A stretch of 64,000 nucleotides of DNA from Candidatus Bathyarchaeota archaeon (GCA_963726255.1 CAVSBL010000002.1:896001-960000); one strand, 5' to 3'; positions 49,372-61,261 are shown, numbered from the stretch's first letter. The notes: generated by a model from the sequence alone, not told the origin. Made by a program: numbers and translations.

Positions 49372-51407
49372 CCACGCTACAGAACCCCGAGGAACGTTTC
49401 CAGGACTTCCTCAGGTCTTTCCTGGCTGAAGACGAATACAAATATCGAAAACGCCTTGGCCACGTTGCCCTGACTGGCTCAAGGTCTATCGTGGTCGACT
49501 TCGAAGACCTGATAGCTCACGACGCAGACCTAGCGCGTTCGATTCTTGACAAGCCAGACGAATACCTCGAGTATATGGACCGCAGTGCGTGGGCCCAACT
49601 GAAAATTGAGGACCCAGAATATGCCGAAGTCATAAAACGGCTTCGCGTCAGGTTCAGGAAACTTCCGGAGAAACACTTACTCCGCAAGATTGGCGCGGAG
49701 AACATTGGCAGGTTACTCTCGATCGACGGAATAATTGTGAGGTCAACGTCGGTCAAGCCCCTTCTCATTAAGGCCGCGTTTCAATGCCGCAAATGCAACG
49801 CGATGACTTACGTCGAGCAGGCAGGAACTCTGATGCGCGGGCCGGAGTCTGCCCACATTGCCGAAGCAAAGTGTTCGAATTCATGGAAAAACAGTCCACC
49901 TTCATGAACTCACAGGATATCCGAATCCAAGAACGGCCTGAAGACCTCCCTCCAGGCCAACTGCCCAGGGCCATCGACATCAAACTCGCTGAAGACCTGG
50001 TCGATATCGCACGGCCAGGCGACCGTGTATCCATAACTGGGATAGCGAGGGGCCAGCAGGAATACGTTGGGAGAAAAGCTAGGCTTCGCACCTTCGAACT
50101 GCTCCTCGACGCAAATTACGTTGACGTCGTCGGGAAGGAGGTTGAGGTTGTTGAGATCACGCCTGAGGATGAGAGGGCGATAAAAGAGCTAGCGAAAGAT
50201 CCGTTCATCCACCGCAAACTCATAGCCTCGCTCGCGCCGTCCATTTACGGTTACGGCGACATCAAAGAGGCCGTCCTCTACCTCCTATTCGGAGGCGTCC
50301 CCAAACGACTGCCTGATGGCGTCACAATACGAAGTGAGATCAACGTCCTCCTCGTTGGAGACCCAGGAGTCGCTAAGAGCCAACTACTCCAATATGTTGC
50401 AAGGATCGCCCCGCGAGGGCTTTACACAAGCGGCCGCGGAACAACAGCCGCCGGCCTGACTGCCGCAGTAGTCCGAAAAAACTGGGGGCATGGTACTAGA
50501 AGCGGGAGCCCTAGTTTTGGCTGACAAAGGTGTAGCTTGCATCGACGAGGTGGATAAAATGCGCCCGGAGGATCGGGTGGCTATTCACGAGGCTCTTGAG
50601 CAACACACCGTCAGCGTGGCCAAGGGAGGAATTGTTGCAACCCTAAATGCTAGGGCCGCCGTCCTCGCGGCTGCCAACCCCAGTTTGGGTAGGTATGACC
50701 CTTACCGGAACATCACGGATAACATTAGTTTGCCCGTAACATTGTTGTCACGTTTCGACCTCCTCTTCATCATGAAGGACGTCCCCGAAGCTGATTCGGA
50801 CAGTAGGATGTCGGAGCACATACTCACACTCCACCGGTTGAAGACTACCCCGGAGGAACCACCACTTCTACCGGAGCTTCTACGCAAGTATATTGCGTAT
50901 GCCAAACGCATCGAACCGGCCTTGTCGGATGAGTCTGTGAACGAGATTAGGCAGTATTATCTGAAGATGCGTTCAATGTCCGGCTCTAGCGAGTCGCCCA
51001 TAGTCATAACCCCGAGGCAGCTTGAGGGATTGGTTAGGTTATCTGAAGCTAGGGCGAAGAGCTTTTTGCGTGACCGGGTCGAGGCGGAAGACGCTCGTGC
51101 AATAATTCGCCTAATGACATTGTCCCTGCAGGATGTGGGCATCGACACGACGACTGGGAAGATGGACATTGACGTCATAATGACGGGCAAGCCAAAGAGC
51201 CTGAGAGACAAAATGCAGGTCGTGCTGAGCACTTTCGCTGATTTGGAGAAGCAACTGGGAATCGTCGAAGACTCGACACTATACCAGGCTTTGTCACGGA
51301 AAGTTGACATTACCGACGAAGATGCGAGAAGGCTAGTCGACCAGCTTGTCAAGGAAGGAATCCTTTATTCGCCTAAGCCTGGGCACTTGAAGCGAACAGC
51401 AGCCTGA
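49368..51407 (+). CDS. mcm: MCM replicative helicase (two apparent frameshifts, ~49840 and ~50480)
   Basis: CRKC/CPHC Zn finger, IQERPE, GDPGVAKSQ, IDEVDKM, SRFD, ITPRQLE across three consecutive ORFs. Confidence 0.93.
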
Positions 51408-51421
51408 CAGGCGCAATTTCG

Positions 51422-53689
51422 TTGCGGATCGACGAACTCCCCATCCCAGACGCTGTTAAGGCTGTTCTAGCTAAGGCCGGGTACGATGTACTATACCCTC
51501 CCCAAGAGGACGCTATCAAAGCCGGCGCCTTGGACGGGAAGAACATCGTTCTCGCAAGCCCAACGGCATCAGGCAAGACGCTTGTCGCAGAAATGGCAAT
51601 TCTCAAGTCGATACTTGAGAAGGGCGGAAAAGCACTCTACCTTACCCCGCTCCGGGCACTAGCGAGCGAGAAGTACGAAGACTTCCAAAAGTACACATCA
51701 GTCGAAAAGACGCCGGGCCGAAACGTTCGAGTCGCCGTCACTAGCGGAGATTACGACAGGTCCAACATCTATCTCGCCAACTATGATGTCATCATCTCCA
51801 CGAACGAGAAAGCCGATTCGCTCCTGAGACACCGCTCGCCATGGATTGCAGATATCTCGGTTGTTGTCGCTGATGAAATTCACCTTATCACCGAAGCAGA
51901 CAGGGGGCCAACCCTTGAGGTCGTTCTGACCCGCTTACTGAAAATCAACCCACGAATTCAAGTCATCGCACTGAGCGCCACCATCAAGAATGCTGCGGAG
52001 ATCGGCGAGTGGCTCAAAGGCATCCCCATCACTACCGAGTGGCGGCCCGTCCCGCTTAGAGAAGGCGTCTATTACGACGGTCAAATCCAATTCAAGGACG
52101 GGGCCTCTCGCTTCATCCCGCACACCGATACGAACCCGATTTTTGACACCGCACTCGACGTTGTGCGCGAGGGGGGCCAGGTCCTAATCTTCGCTGAAAC
52201 TCGGCGCACAGCTGTGGAGATGGGAAAGAAAGCTGCGGGAGTTCTCAGAAGATACCTGCCCAAGCCGGACCGTAGGGGTTTGGAGAACATAGCCCAAAGA
52301 ATCCTCGCAACCGGCGAAAGAACTCGACTAGGAGAAGTGTTGGCGGAACAGACACTGAACGGCGTTGCCTTCCACCACGCAGGTTTACCTGGAGGACACC
52401 GCAAAATCATCGAAGACGCATTCAAAGCTGGGCGGTTGAAGATTTTGTCCGCGACTCCGACCCTCGCGGCCGGCGTTAACCTCCCCGCCCGTACGGTCAT
52501 CATAAGCAGCTACGAAAGGTACGAACCTGGGTACGGACGTTACCCGATCTCCGTTTTGGAGTATAAGCAGTTTTGTGGTCGGGCGGGGAGGCCGAAGTAC
52601 GACAAGTACGGTGAAGCCATCCTCATAGCTCGAACCGAAGATGAGCAAGACTATCTTCTGAAGAACTACGCCCTCGCGGAACCTGAAAGAATCTGGTCCA
52701 AACTCGGTGCAGAGAAAGTTCTCAGGCCGCATGTGCTAGCGACCATTGCCACGCGGTTTGCTACCACTGAAGATGGGTTGACCAGGTTTTTCGCGAAGAC
52801 CTTCTATGCCTTCCAATACGACCCCAAGATGATCAAAGGAAAACTCGGCGACATACTTTCCTTCCTCCACAGAGAGCAGATGGTTGAATTCGAGGGCGAA
52901 GAGCTGAAGGCTACGAGGTTCGGCCGGCGTGTCTCCGAACTCTACATAGACCCAGTATCCGCAGTTGTCCTACGGGACGGGTTATACACACGGGCCAAAC
53001 ACGTGACCGAGACCAGCTTCCTGCATCTGATCTCGAGAACGCCCGACATTTCACCCAAATTGTACCCACGCCGCGGGGAAGATGAAATGCTCGACCTCTT
53101 CGCCAAAGAGCACCAAGACGAATTCATGTGTGAGACCCCTGAATACTACGGCGACACCAACGGCGTGACCTATGAGGAATTCCTAGCCGAAATCAAATGC
53201 GCAAGGGTTCTGTACGAATGGATCAATGAAACCAGCGAAGACGGCATACTCGAAGTTCACAAAGTTGAACCAGGCGACATACTCAGGATGGTGGACACTG
53301 CAAGATGGCTCTTGCACGCGACCTACCAGCTCGCTGAACTGTTCGGCCACAAGGACCTTCTCGCGCAGGCGTACGAACTGCAAATCCGGTGCGCTAAGGG
53401 TGTCAAAGCCGAACTAGTTCCTCTAGTCGAACTTGAAGGCGTAGGGCGCGTCAGGGCTCGTTCCCTGTTCAGCGCAGGATACAGAAACCTTGACGACCTG
53501 AAGCGCGCCTCGGTAACGGATCTGATGAACGTCCCACTGATCGGCCCGTCGCTAGCAAAGAAAATCAAGGAACAGGTAGGCGGCCTCATCAAGGCCGAGG
53601 AATGGGAAAGATTGAACTCGAAGACCGCTGAAACAACTGAACAAAGCCTGCTAACCGACTATAGAGAGGGCGATAGCGAAAGCATCTAG
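51422..53689 (+). CDS. hel308: Hel308/Hjm SF2 helicase
   Basis: PTASGKT, DEIH, LSAT, HHAGL, GRAGRP, GVGRVRAR. Confidence 0.95.
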   Translation: MRIDELPIPDAVKAVLAKAGYDVLYPPQEDAIKAGALDGKNIVLASPTASGKTLVAEMAILKSILEKGGKALYLTPLRALASEKYEDFQKYTSVEKTPGRNVRVAVTSGDYDRSNIYLANYDVIISTNEKADSLLRHRSPWIADISVVVADEIHLITEADRGPTLEVVLTRLLKINPRIQVIALSATIKNAAEIGEWLKGIPITTEWRPVPLREGVYYDGQIQFKDGASRFIPHTDTNPIFDTALDVVREGGQVLIFAETRRTAVEMGKKAAGVLRRYLPKPDRRGLENIAQRILATGERTRLGEVLAEQTLNGVAFHHAGLPGGHRKIIEDAFKAGRLKILSATPTLAAGVNLPARTVIISSYERYEPGYGRYPISVLEYKQFCGRAGRPKYDKYGEAILIARTEDEQDYLLKNYALAEPERIWSKLGAEKVLRPHVLATIATRFATTEDGLTRFFAKTFYAFQYDPKMIKGKLGDILSFLHREQMVEFEGEELKATRFGRRVSELYIDPVSAVVLRDGLYTRAKHVTETSFLHLISRTPDISPKLYPRRGEDEMLDLFAKEHQDEFMCETPEYYGDTNGVTYEEFLAEIKCARVLYEWINETSEDGILEVHKVEPGDILRMVDTARWLLHATYQLAELFGHKDLLAQAYELQIRCAKGVKAELVPLVELEGVGRVRARSLFSAGYRNLDDLKRASVTDLMNVPLIGPSLAKKIKEQVGGLIKAEEWERLNSKTAETTEQSLLTDYREGDSESI

Positions 53690-55046
53690 TCCGAAAGGCC
53701 ACGCCCTTTCCGTTCGGCCACTGTCTTCCCCACCGCAGCGTCCACAAGCTCGCCCGACAAGCCCAGGTAAGACTTGGGATTCAAAGCGGATTTGATATCC
53801 TCCTTCGTCAGATACTTTGCAATCGCTGGGTTGGCCTCCAACACTTCGGCGAAGCCTTTGTTTTTCTCCTGGCTATCGAATACGAGTTGCTGCAAGAGCT
53901 TGTGAGCTTCTAGCCGCGGCATCCCCTTGTTTACGAGGGCTATCATAACTGCCTCGGACATCATTGGGTCTTTGAATTTCTTCAAGTTCTCAAGCATTTG
54001 GCGCTCGTTGACTCGCAGCCCGCCAAGAATCCGAACCATCGAATCCAACATATGATCCACTAGTATGAAGGATTCTGGGATCACAAAGCGCTCGGAAGCT
54101 GATTGGGATAGGTCACGCTCGTGCCACGTTACAATTCCCTCCAATGCCGGGGCGACCAGGCTTCGCTCGATTTTGGCCAGGCTTGAAACACTTTCGCTTC
54201 TCCAAGGATTTCTTTTCTGAGGCATTGTGGAACTTCCCACCTGCTTGCCCACTTCAAACGGCTCACCCAACTCGTCAATCTCGGGCCTCTGCAGGTTCCT
54301 GATTTCAACGGCAAATTTGTCCAAGGAACTGGCTATGATAGCGAAAACGCAGACTAGTTCGGCGTACCTGTCGCGTTGAACAATCTGACTGGTAACCTCC
54401 GCCGCCCTAAGCCCGAGGCGTTTCATTACCAGCTCCTGAATCTTTAGAGCGTTCTTGCCGAGGCCAGCCATGGTGCCCACCGCCCCGCTCAATTTACCGA
54501 CGAGAACGCGTTCCTTGCACTGGTTCAGGCGGTCGATATGTCTGGCAACTTCACGCAACCAAACCGCAAATTTGAGCCCGAGAGTCATGGGTAACGCGTG
54601 TTGGCCATGCGTGCGGCCAATGACCATTGTGTCCCTGTACTTTCTCGACAGGGCGATGAGGCCCTCTTCCAGCCTGTCCAGCCTAGCCTGAACTATTTCC
54701 AACCCTTCCTTCATTTGCAAGGCCAATGCGGTATCAAGAATGTCGGAGGACGTTGCTCCAAGGTGAACATACGCTCCGCCCTTCCCGGAAACCTCGGAAA
54801 GAGCTTCGACTAAGGCCGCCGTTTCATGAGCGACGACTTTCTCAATCTGACGAATCCTCTCCAACTTAACATGCTTCATAGTCGCGTGGCGTTCGATTTC
54901 CTCAGCTGCTTCTTTCGGTATTTCACCCAGCTGCCCTCTCGCCCACGCTAAAGCTGCCTCAACATCAAGCATCCTCTGGAAACGCGCCTCCTCCTCGAAC
55001 ACTGCCCGCATCTCCGGGACCCGTAACGGCCGGTATCAATGGGCAA
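53686..55046 (-). CDS. purB: adenylosuccinate lyase (apparent frameshift near the 5' end, ~55016)
   Basis: GRTHGQHA, SSTMPQKRNP, WHERDL; upstream frame encodes PIDTGRYGS. Confidence 0.93.
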
Positions 55047-55138
55047 TATTGGCAATTCTCAGCCCGAGGCCAACGTAGCGTTCGTACGTAATATAAACTC
55101 GGGTGGTTTAACGCAAATATACTCCTTCGGATGCGTGA

Positions 55139-56617
55139 TTGATGATTCGCATGCGGCGCAGCATAGTCTTCGCAATTTTGATCGCTCTTGTTCTCGCCTA
55201 TTCGCCGCATCAAGTCAAAGCAACACTGGGGCCGTGTTGCGAGTATACGTTCGTAGTCAGTGATTTGCAACCGAAACCTGGGGAACGAGTCGATTTCACG
55301 GGCGTGGTCACCGACCAATATGGTGGCGGGGATGCCAATGTGACTGTTCAGTATCAGGACACTGCGGTCAGAAATGGAACCAGCTTGAGCAATTCTACAA
55401 CAGACGCCAATGGAGCATTCTATCTGAACATCAACATGCCGGTGATCCCTAATCCAAACACGATAAGGTACACGTTGACTATGACTGATCCCGCCATTAA
55501 TTGGACCACAACCGTCGCGGGCAGCTATCCCCCGCCATCGGGTTCCCCATCAGGGGATTTTCCTGCATTGTACAATAGCCAATTGGGTGGGCGCACGAAT
55601 GCCTACCTCAACATTCAATCAGCCGGCTTTCCCGGGATCATATACATTAGTGAAGGATACGACCAGCCAATCTTGCATGGCGTTAGTTCCCTCGATCAGG
55701 GGACAACAGACCTTTTGACCGGCCTTGCAAACAAGGGGTTCAATGTGATCGCACCGATTTCGTGGTTCGTCACAGACGTCCCAGTTTTCCCCTACGAACT
55801 GGCAGCCATGCTCAAGTTCGCGTTCCACATCAGCCAAGTCTACATAATTGGCTGGAGCGCCGGCGGCACAGTGGCTGCTTGGGTCCTCACGCATGACCTA
55901 TACGGCATATTCAATCTCGGAGTCGTGATGGACGCGGAGGTGGCTGGGACATCAAATCAAACCGATACCAAGTCGTCAGTTTTCAATACCGCCCAATCCT
56001 CGGAGAGCGTCAAGATCCCGCATTTGCTCATCTGGGGCATTAGCGATGGTGGCACGACAAGCATTCAATCAGCATTCTTGTGGGCGAAGCATGTTCAAAA
56101 CAATCTTGCCCGTATCGACGCCTTCACTTATGGGCATCAATGGATCGGAACCGATGTCGAAGGCAGAATCCTGGCCGACATCCTTGCCTTCTTCAACACT
56201 CAATCTGTGGGAACCATCAGCACCCTCCAGTCAGATTATGGAACTGCACAGTTCTTGACAGACAGCCAGGTCCTTAGCGGCAACCCGTATGACGCGCAAA
56301 GCAAGGAGTATGTCTTCCAAATCACGGGCCAGAACGGCACGGTAGGTTCAATGAACCTAGCCATTCCCATCGCATCCATTGACGGACAGCCGGTCGTCTT
56401 ATTTGACCAAAATGCCCTTCCAACTGCCTACACCTCAGACGCCAACAACTATTACATCTGCTTCACCTACACGCACAGTACGCACACGATACTCGTCGTC
56501 GGGCAAAATGACATTCCAGAATTTCCAGTCAACGCGAGCATCGTGCTGGTCGCACTCTTGCTATGTATGTTCATGATGATTGGGGCTTTTGGCAGAAAAA
56601 GAACTAGGCGAACCTGA
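55139..56617 (+). CDS. secreted alpha/beta-hydrolase-like surface protein with PEF-CTERM sorting signal
   Basis: signal peptide, Ig-like N-terminal region, GWSAGG, C-terminal IPEFP + TM + basic tail. Confidence 0.75.
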   Translation: MMIRMRRSIVFAILIALVLAYSPHQVKATLGPCCEYTFVVSDLQPKPGERVDFTGVVTDQYGGGDANVTVQYQDTAVRNGTSLSNSTTDANGAFYLNINMPVIPNPNTIRYTLTMTDPAINWTTTVAGSYPPPSGSPSGDFPALYNSQLGGRTNAYLNIQSAGFPGIIYISEGYDQPILHGVSSLDQGTTDLLTGLANKGFNVIAPISWFVTDVPVFPYELAAMLKFAFHISQVYIIGWSAGGTVAAWVLTHDLYGIFNLGVVMDAEVAGTSNQTDTKSSVFNTAQSSESVKIPHLLIWGISDGGTTSIQSAFLWAKHVQNNLARIDAFTYGHQWIGTDVEGRILADILAFFNTQSVGTISTLQSDYGTAQFLTDSQVLSGNPYDAQSKEYVFQITGQNGTVGSMNLAIPIASIDGQPVVLFDQNALPTAYTSDANNYYICFTYTHSTHTILVVGQNDIPEFPVNASIVLVALLLCMFMMIGAFGRKRTRRT

Positions 56618-56679
56618 GGTCTACATACCCATCATGACCGGTTCTTGTTTGTCACTGCAGCGTACCTGATATACGACGA

Positions 56680-58109
56680 GTGGAAAAACCGAAGCGACAA
56701 AGCTTGGGTGCAATTGCCGCAGCGTTCGCCAGAAACGGGACTGATACTCAGGCGCTCGTCGAGAATATGCTCCGTTCCTTGAGCCACCGGGGAGCTAACT
56801 CGAAGACCCTGAAGATGACTGACGACGGAAACGTCAACCTGTCGGCCGGATACTCCTCTGGAAGCGCGCTTGAAGTGCATGTTTTTGAAGCTAACGGGGC
56901 TGCCACTATGCTCGACGGTTCAATCTTCCGAATTCGGCACGCGGCTCGATTCGCCCACAAACGCCTAACGAGAAGAATGTCGGTAGCCAAGGCTGCAAGT
57001 TCGCTCCTTGAGGAACCTGGCGCCTTCGCCTGCACATTTCTACAGAAAGGAAAGTTGTGTGCTTTCAGAGACCTAAACGGACTAAAACCATTGTATTATG
57101 CGAGGAGCAGAAATCTGACCGTTTTCGCTTCGGAGAGAAAAGCCCTCTGGCGGATCGGTTTGAGTCATGTTAAGAGAGTAAATCCAGGATATCTTTACTC
57201 AACTACGGACCGCAGGTTCAGCGAAACCCGCCTAGCGCATATTCCCCGGCCTGCCGTGAGAAAGATGGACATTCACCAAGCATCATCACGACTCTCTCTC
57301 CTGCTGAAGAGATCCATTCGAAAGATAACGCATGGTGTTGACAAGGTTGCCGTTGCCTTTTCAGGCGGCCTCGACAGCGCCATAACTGCACTACTTGCCA
57401 ACCAGACGCGGTCTAACGTGGAAGCAGTCAGCGTGGGCCTCCCCGCGTCCCCAGAACTCGCTGTCGTTGAACATTTCGCGCGGGAACTTGATTTGCCCAT
57501 TACAATAGAATCATTCAGTCTTGATTCGCTCGAAGAATATGTTCGGCGTGTGGTCTGGCTTATAGAGGAGCCGAACTTGATGAAGGTTAGTGTGGCTGTG
57601 CCCCTTCACTGGGCAGCGATTGTCGCCGCCAAACGCCGGTGCTCCATCATGCTTTGCGGGCAAGGCAGCGACGAACTCTACGGCGGTTATTACAAGTACG
57701 CGAGAACGCTGGATAAGAGAGGACGAAAGGCACTCGTTGCCGAGCTCTACCGCAGCGTCGTGGATTCGGCTCAAGTGAACTATGAGAGGGATGACCAGGC
57801 CACTGCCCCGCTTGGCGTAGAGCTGCGCACACCTTTCGCCGACTTGGATGTAATCAGATTTTCGTTGTCAATTCCTTCCGAATTCAAAGTTAGGCCCGGG
57901 AATGACCTTACGAGGAAGTGGGTTCTGCGGAGCGCGGCGAAAAAGATGGGGTTGCCAGAGGACATGGTATGGCGCCGCAAGAAGGCAATTCAGCATGGGA
58001 CCGGAGTAGAGAACGCCATCCGCAAGCTCGCAAAAAGCGGGGCTTAACGGCGGAAGGGTACCTTTTGAAGGTGCATGAAGAAGTCATAAGAATGGAATCA
58101 ATGCCTTGA
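56680..58109 (+). CDS. asnB: asparagine synthetase-like protein (frameshift near the 3' end, ~58035)
   Basis: RDLNGLKPLYY, FSGGLDS, GQGSDELYGGY, RKKAIQHGTG; lacks the N-terminal catalytic Cys. Confidence 0.8.
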
Positions 58110-58316
58110 GTAATGCCGTTTGGAGGATTAAGGTTCGCAAACTGAAGCTAAGGTCAGCTTAATCGTAACGTTGATTCTCATACTTGCCGCACTGTTCGTG
58201 TCTCTACAAGTTGCCGCGGTGCTGGCTACAACCTACCTCATAGTATACGCCGTTCGCAGGTTGAGAAAACAAAGAAAGAGCTGACCGACCGGTCTCATAA
58301 CGGGGCCGACTCTAAT

Positions 58317-58886
58317 TTGCCCTTGCACATTGCGGTCGATTTGGACGGTGTCCTAGCAGACACCATGGTAGCCTTTTGCAGAATCCTAAACCAACGCCAC
58401 TCGACACAATTCACGGTGAACTCCTTCGTTCAATGGAACGCATGGAAGGTAGCTCACATCACAAAGGAGGAGTTCTTTCGGACTCTCGACGAAGCATGGT
58501 TTGATTGGGAGAGCATTCCGCCCGTAGAGGAGAATATTGGGGCGCGGGTCAGCCGAATACATGGGCTCGGGCGTGTCGATGTGGTTACAGGGCGTAGTCA
58601 AGCGACGGTTCAGGCTGCGAAATCGTGGCTCGAAAAACAGAAAGTGCCGTATGACACCTTCGTCCGAACGGCCAGCACCAGAGCAAAGGCGAATCTGAGT
58701 TACGATGTCTTCATAGACGATTCTGCTGAGCTCACGTCTCTAGTAGCTTCCAGCTTCGATAGGTGGGGTGTCCTCTACACACAACCGTGGAACCGAGCCG
58801 CCAAAGAAATGCCGAGAATCTTCAGGGTCGAAAGTTGGGAACAGATACCAGCTTTATTGGAGCAGGTCTCGGCGACGAAGAAATAA
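58317..58886 (+). CDS. HAD 5'(3')-deoxyribonucleotidase (NT5C family)
   Basis: VDLDGVLAD, FIDDS, QPWN. Confidence 0.85.
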   Translation: MPLHIAVDLDGVLADTMVAFCRILNQRHSTQFTVNSFVQWNAWKVAHITKEEFFRTLDEAWFDWESIPPVEENIGARVSRIHGLGRVDVVTGRSQATVQAAKSWLEKQKVPYDTFVRTASTRAKANLSYDVFIDDSAELTSLVASSFDRWGVLYTQPWNRAAKEMPRIFRVESWEQIPALLEQVSATKK

Positions 58887-58901
58887 CGGCGCTTATGCGT
58901 T

Positions 58902-59558
58902 CTACCCTCTGAACTGGGAGATGAAGGTTAGCGTTTTTCCCCAAGCGTCTTTCGCGGCTTCAGCGTTATGGCCTTCCCAGTTCGGCCGATGGAAGGCATG
59001 CTGCGCGTTCGGGTAGAGGTGTACATCGACTCTTTTCTTATACTTGGTTGCGGCGGGGAGGAAATGCTGGTACGCCCACGGCGTTACTCTTTCATCCTCT
59101 GAAGCCAGCATGAGTTGAACGGGCCCTTTAGCACCCTTAACTTGCTCCACATTTTCGACCATGCCATAGTAGTCTACACAAAAGGCCATGTTCAAGTTGC
59201 AGGCGCCCAAGAGCGCAAAAGCTCCACCCATGCAGAACCCCATTGAACCGACCTTCGCGTCCTGGCCGAACTTCTGCACAAGAAGTTGAAGGCCTGAACC
59301 TAAGGCATCTAAGACTTCTTGCTCTTTCAAAACCGACCTGAACTTGAACCCCTCCTCAAGGGATGACGCAAGCTTTCCGCGGTAAAGATCCACTGCCGCA
59401 ACCGAGAAACCTGCTTGCGCAAGCTGCGCTGCCACGGAATCTGCATATTGGTCGAAGCCGAATATCTCGTGCACCAAGACGACTCCAACCTTAGAGCTCG
59501 CGGGATGCAGCCGAAAATCCCAGCCCCCGGAAGTGACCTTGGTTGACTGTTCTTGCAT
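58902..59558 (-). CDS. dienelactone hydrolase family
   Basis: HEIFG, GFCMGG, YPNAQHAF. Confidence 0.9.
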   Translation of the reverse strand: MQEQSTKVTSGGWDFRLHPASSKVGVVLVHEIFGFDQYADSVAAQLAQAGFSVAAVDLYRGKLASSLEEGFKFRSVLKEQEVLDALGSGLQLLVQKFGQDAKVGSMGFCMGGAFALLGACNLNMAFCVDYYGMVENVEQVKGAKGPVQLMLASEDERVTPWAYQHFLPAATKYKKRVDVHLYPNAQHAFHRPNWEGHNAEAAKDAWGKTLTFISQFRG

Positions 59559-59680
59559 ACTGAATCACTGAGCCACCTAAGATAGCTCTAATTTCCATCT
59601 TTCACAAGTGGCTAGTTGAGCCAGCCGCCCTTGAAGCCTAATTACGCTTGACCATCCGTCGTGTTTGCATGGCGGTTTAG

Positions 59681-60358
59681 ATGGATAGGAATGATGTCTT
59701 GAAACGACTCAAGTCCCACTCGAATCCTGAAGCGGTCAAGGGAATGGCCCGATTCGGAATCAACCCAAACAATACGTACGGCGTATCCATTCCCACCCTC
59801 AGAAAGATAGCAAGAGAGCTTGGTAGGAATCACTCCCTCAGCCTGGAACTCTGGGAATCCGGAATCCACGAAGCCCGCATACTCGCCTCAATGATTGACA
59901 TTCCAGAAAAAGTCACGGCAACCCAGATGGATAAGTGGGTTAGGGATTTCGACTCGTGGGACGTTTGCGACCAAACCTGCAGCAACCTGTTCGACAAAAC
60001 GAAAGCAGCCTACCAAAAAGCATTCGAATGGAGTTTACGGGACGAAGAGTTCACCAAGAGGGCAGGATTCGCTCTGATGGCTGCGCTAGCATTTCATGAC
60101 AAGAAAGCGCCGAATGCAAAATTCCTGAAATTCCTGAAAGCAATTACAAGAGAAGCCACCGATGAGCGAAACTTCGTTAGGAAGGCGGTTAACTGGGCCC
60201 TCAGGCAGATTGGAAAACGGAACCTTGAGCTCAATCGAGCAGCTGTAAGGACCGCTAAACAAATCCGGAAAATGCCCTCCAAGAACGCGCGGTGGATCGC
60301 TTCAGATGCACTGCGCGAATTGACAAGAAGTTCAGTGCAGAAGAGGCTGAGAGAGTGA
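59681..60358 (+). CDS. AlkD-like DNA alkylation repair protein
   Basis: DSWDVCD, VRKAVNWALRQIGKRN. Confidence 0.88.
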   Translation: MDRNDVLKRLKSHSNPEAVKGMARFGINPNNTYGVSIPTLRKIARELGRNHSLSLELWESGIHEARILASMIDIPEKVTATQMDKWVRDFDSWDVCDQTCSNLFDKTKAAYQKAFEWSLRDEEFTKRAGFALMAALAFHDKKAPNAKFLKFLKAITREATDERNFVRKAVNWALRQIGKRNLELNRAAVRTAKQIRKMPSKNARWIASDALRELTRSSVQKRLRE

Positions 60359-60369
60359 GAGCGCCGCAA

Positions 60370-60903
60370 TCATTTCCATTTGATTGTGCAGCCGACAGGC
60401 TTGGTCTCAGCGGTTACCGGCGTTCTCCCCGCCAGCACCGCGTCGAGGGCGTCCCGCAGAAACTTCACCTTGACAGCCGCCGGGTCATCATAGTTGTCAT
60501 CGATCACGCCATGATACCGTAGCCCACCCGCCTTATCGAACAAGAAGACCTCGGGCGTTCGCTCAGCTCCATAAGCCCGTGCTACCTCCTGGCTCTCGTC
60601 ACGCAAATATGGAAAGTTGAAATGCTTCTCCCGTGCCCGCGCCTTCATCTTCTCGAAGCTATCATCAGGATACTTCGAGGCGTCATTCGCGTTCACCGCG
60701 ACTAATTGTACACCCTTCACGCCATAACCTGCCTGTATCTGGACCATACGGTCCTCCCAAGCGCGAACATACGGACAATGGTTGCAACTGAAAATAACCA
60801 CCACCGCATTCTTTCCAGAATACTGCGCGAACGAGTGGCTCTTACCATCGACGTCGGGTAAGGTGAAAGGTAAGGCCGTATCCCCAATCTTCAAGTTCGC
60901 CAT
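60370..60903 (-). CDS. thioredoxin-fold (AhpC/TSA-like) protein
   Basis: CNHCPYV, TPEVF, GCTIKW. Confidence 0.9.
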   Translation of the reverse strand: MANLKIGDTALPFTLPDVDGKSHSFAQYSGKNAVVVIFSCNHCPYVRAWEDRMVQIQAGYGVKGVQLVAVNANDASKYPDDSFEKMKARAREKHFNFPYLRDESQEVARAYGAERTPEVFLFDKAGGLRYHGVIDDNYDDPAAVKVKFLRDALDAVLAGRTPVTAETKPVGCTIKWK

Positions 60904-60931
60904 TTTCCTCATCGCTTCATATCGTTTAGGG

Positions 60932-61261
60932 CTAGGTTCTACTCTTAAGATTCTCCTTAGCAGTACGAACGGCCTTCCGAATCATTGAGACCGATGGCAA
61001 TGGAGAGATACGCCCATCTTCAAGGGTGTAGGCTCTGCAGGCTAGAGCAAATTCAAGGCTGGGAATCGGATCGATATCATGCCCATCAATCAGAATCGTG
61101 GGCGAACCAGGAAAATGATACCGCTTCGCATCCTCGAAGGTCTCAACTCTGATAACTTCAATCTCTGCAGCTACGCCCTCCTCTTCAAGGACCTTGCGTA
61201 ACCGTTGAATCGCTTCGTCATGTGAGGGGCATTGCTCTGAATAGAGGAAACGAATCTCCAC
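60932..61261 (-). CDS. small thioredoxin-like protein (DUF2703-like)
   Basis: QCPS, FPGSPTILIDG, ACRAY. Confidence 0.75.
   Translation of the reverse strand: MEIRFLYSEQCPSHDEAIQRLRKVLEEEGVAAEIEVIRVETFEDAKRYHFPGSPTILIDGHDIDPIPSLEFALACRAYTLEDGRISPLPSVSMIRKAVRTAKENLKSRT

Noticed and set aside
49368-51407. Split mcm, and similarly amt, the phosphoesterase, the RAD55-like gene, purB and asnB, as programmed frameshifts or pseudogenes
   Set aside because: Each break is a single-base indel in or near a homopolymer run, and essential genes are affected, which is most consistent with long-read consensus errors; read pileups would settle it
60932-61261. Possible selenoprotein in the thioredoxin-like pair
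   Set aside because: Cys codons are present; no in-frame TGA at catalytic positions and no SECIS recognised
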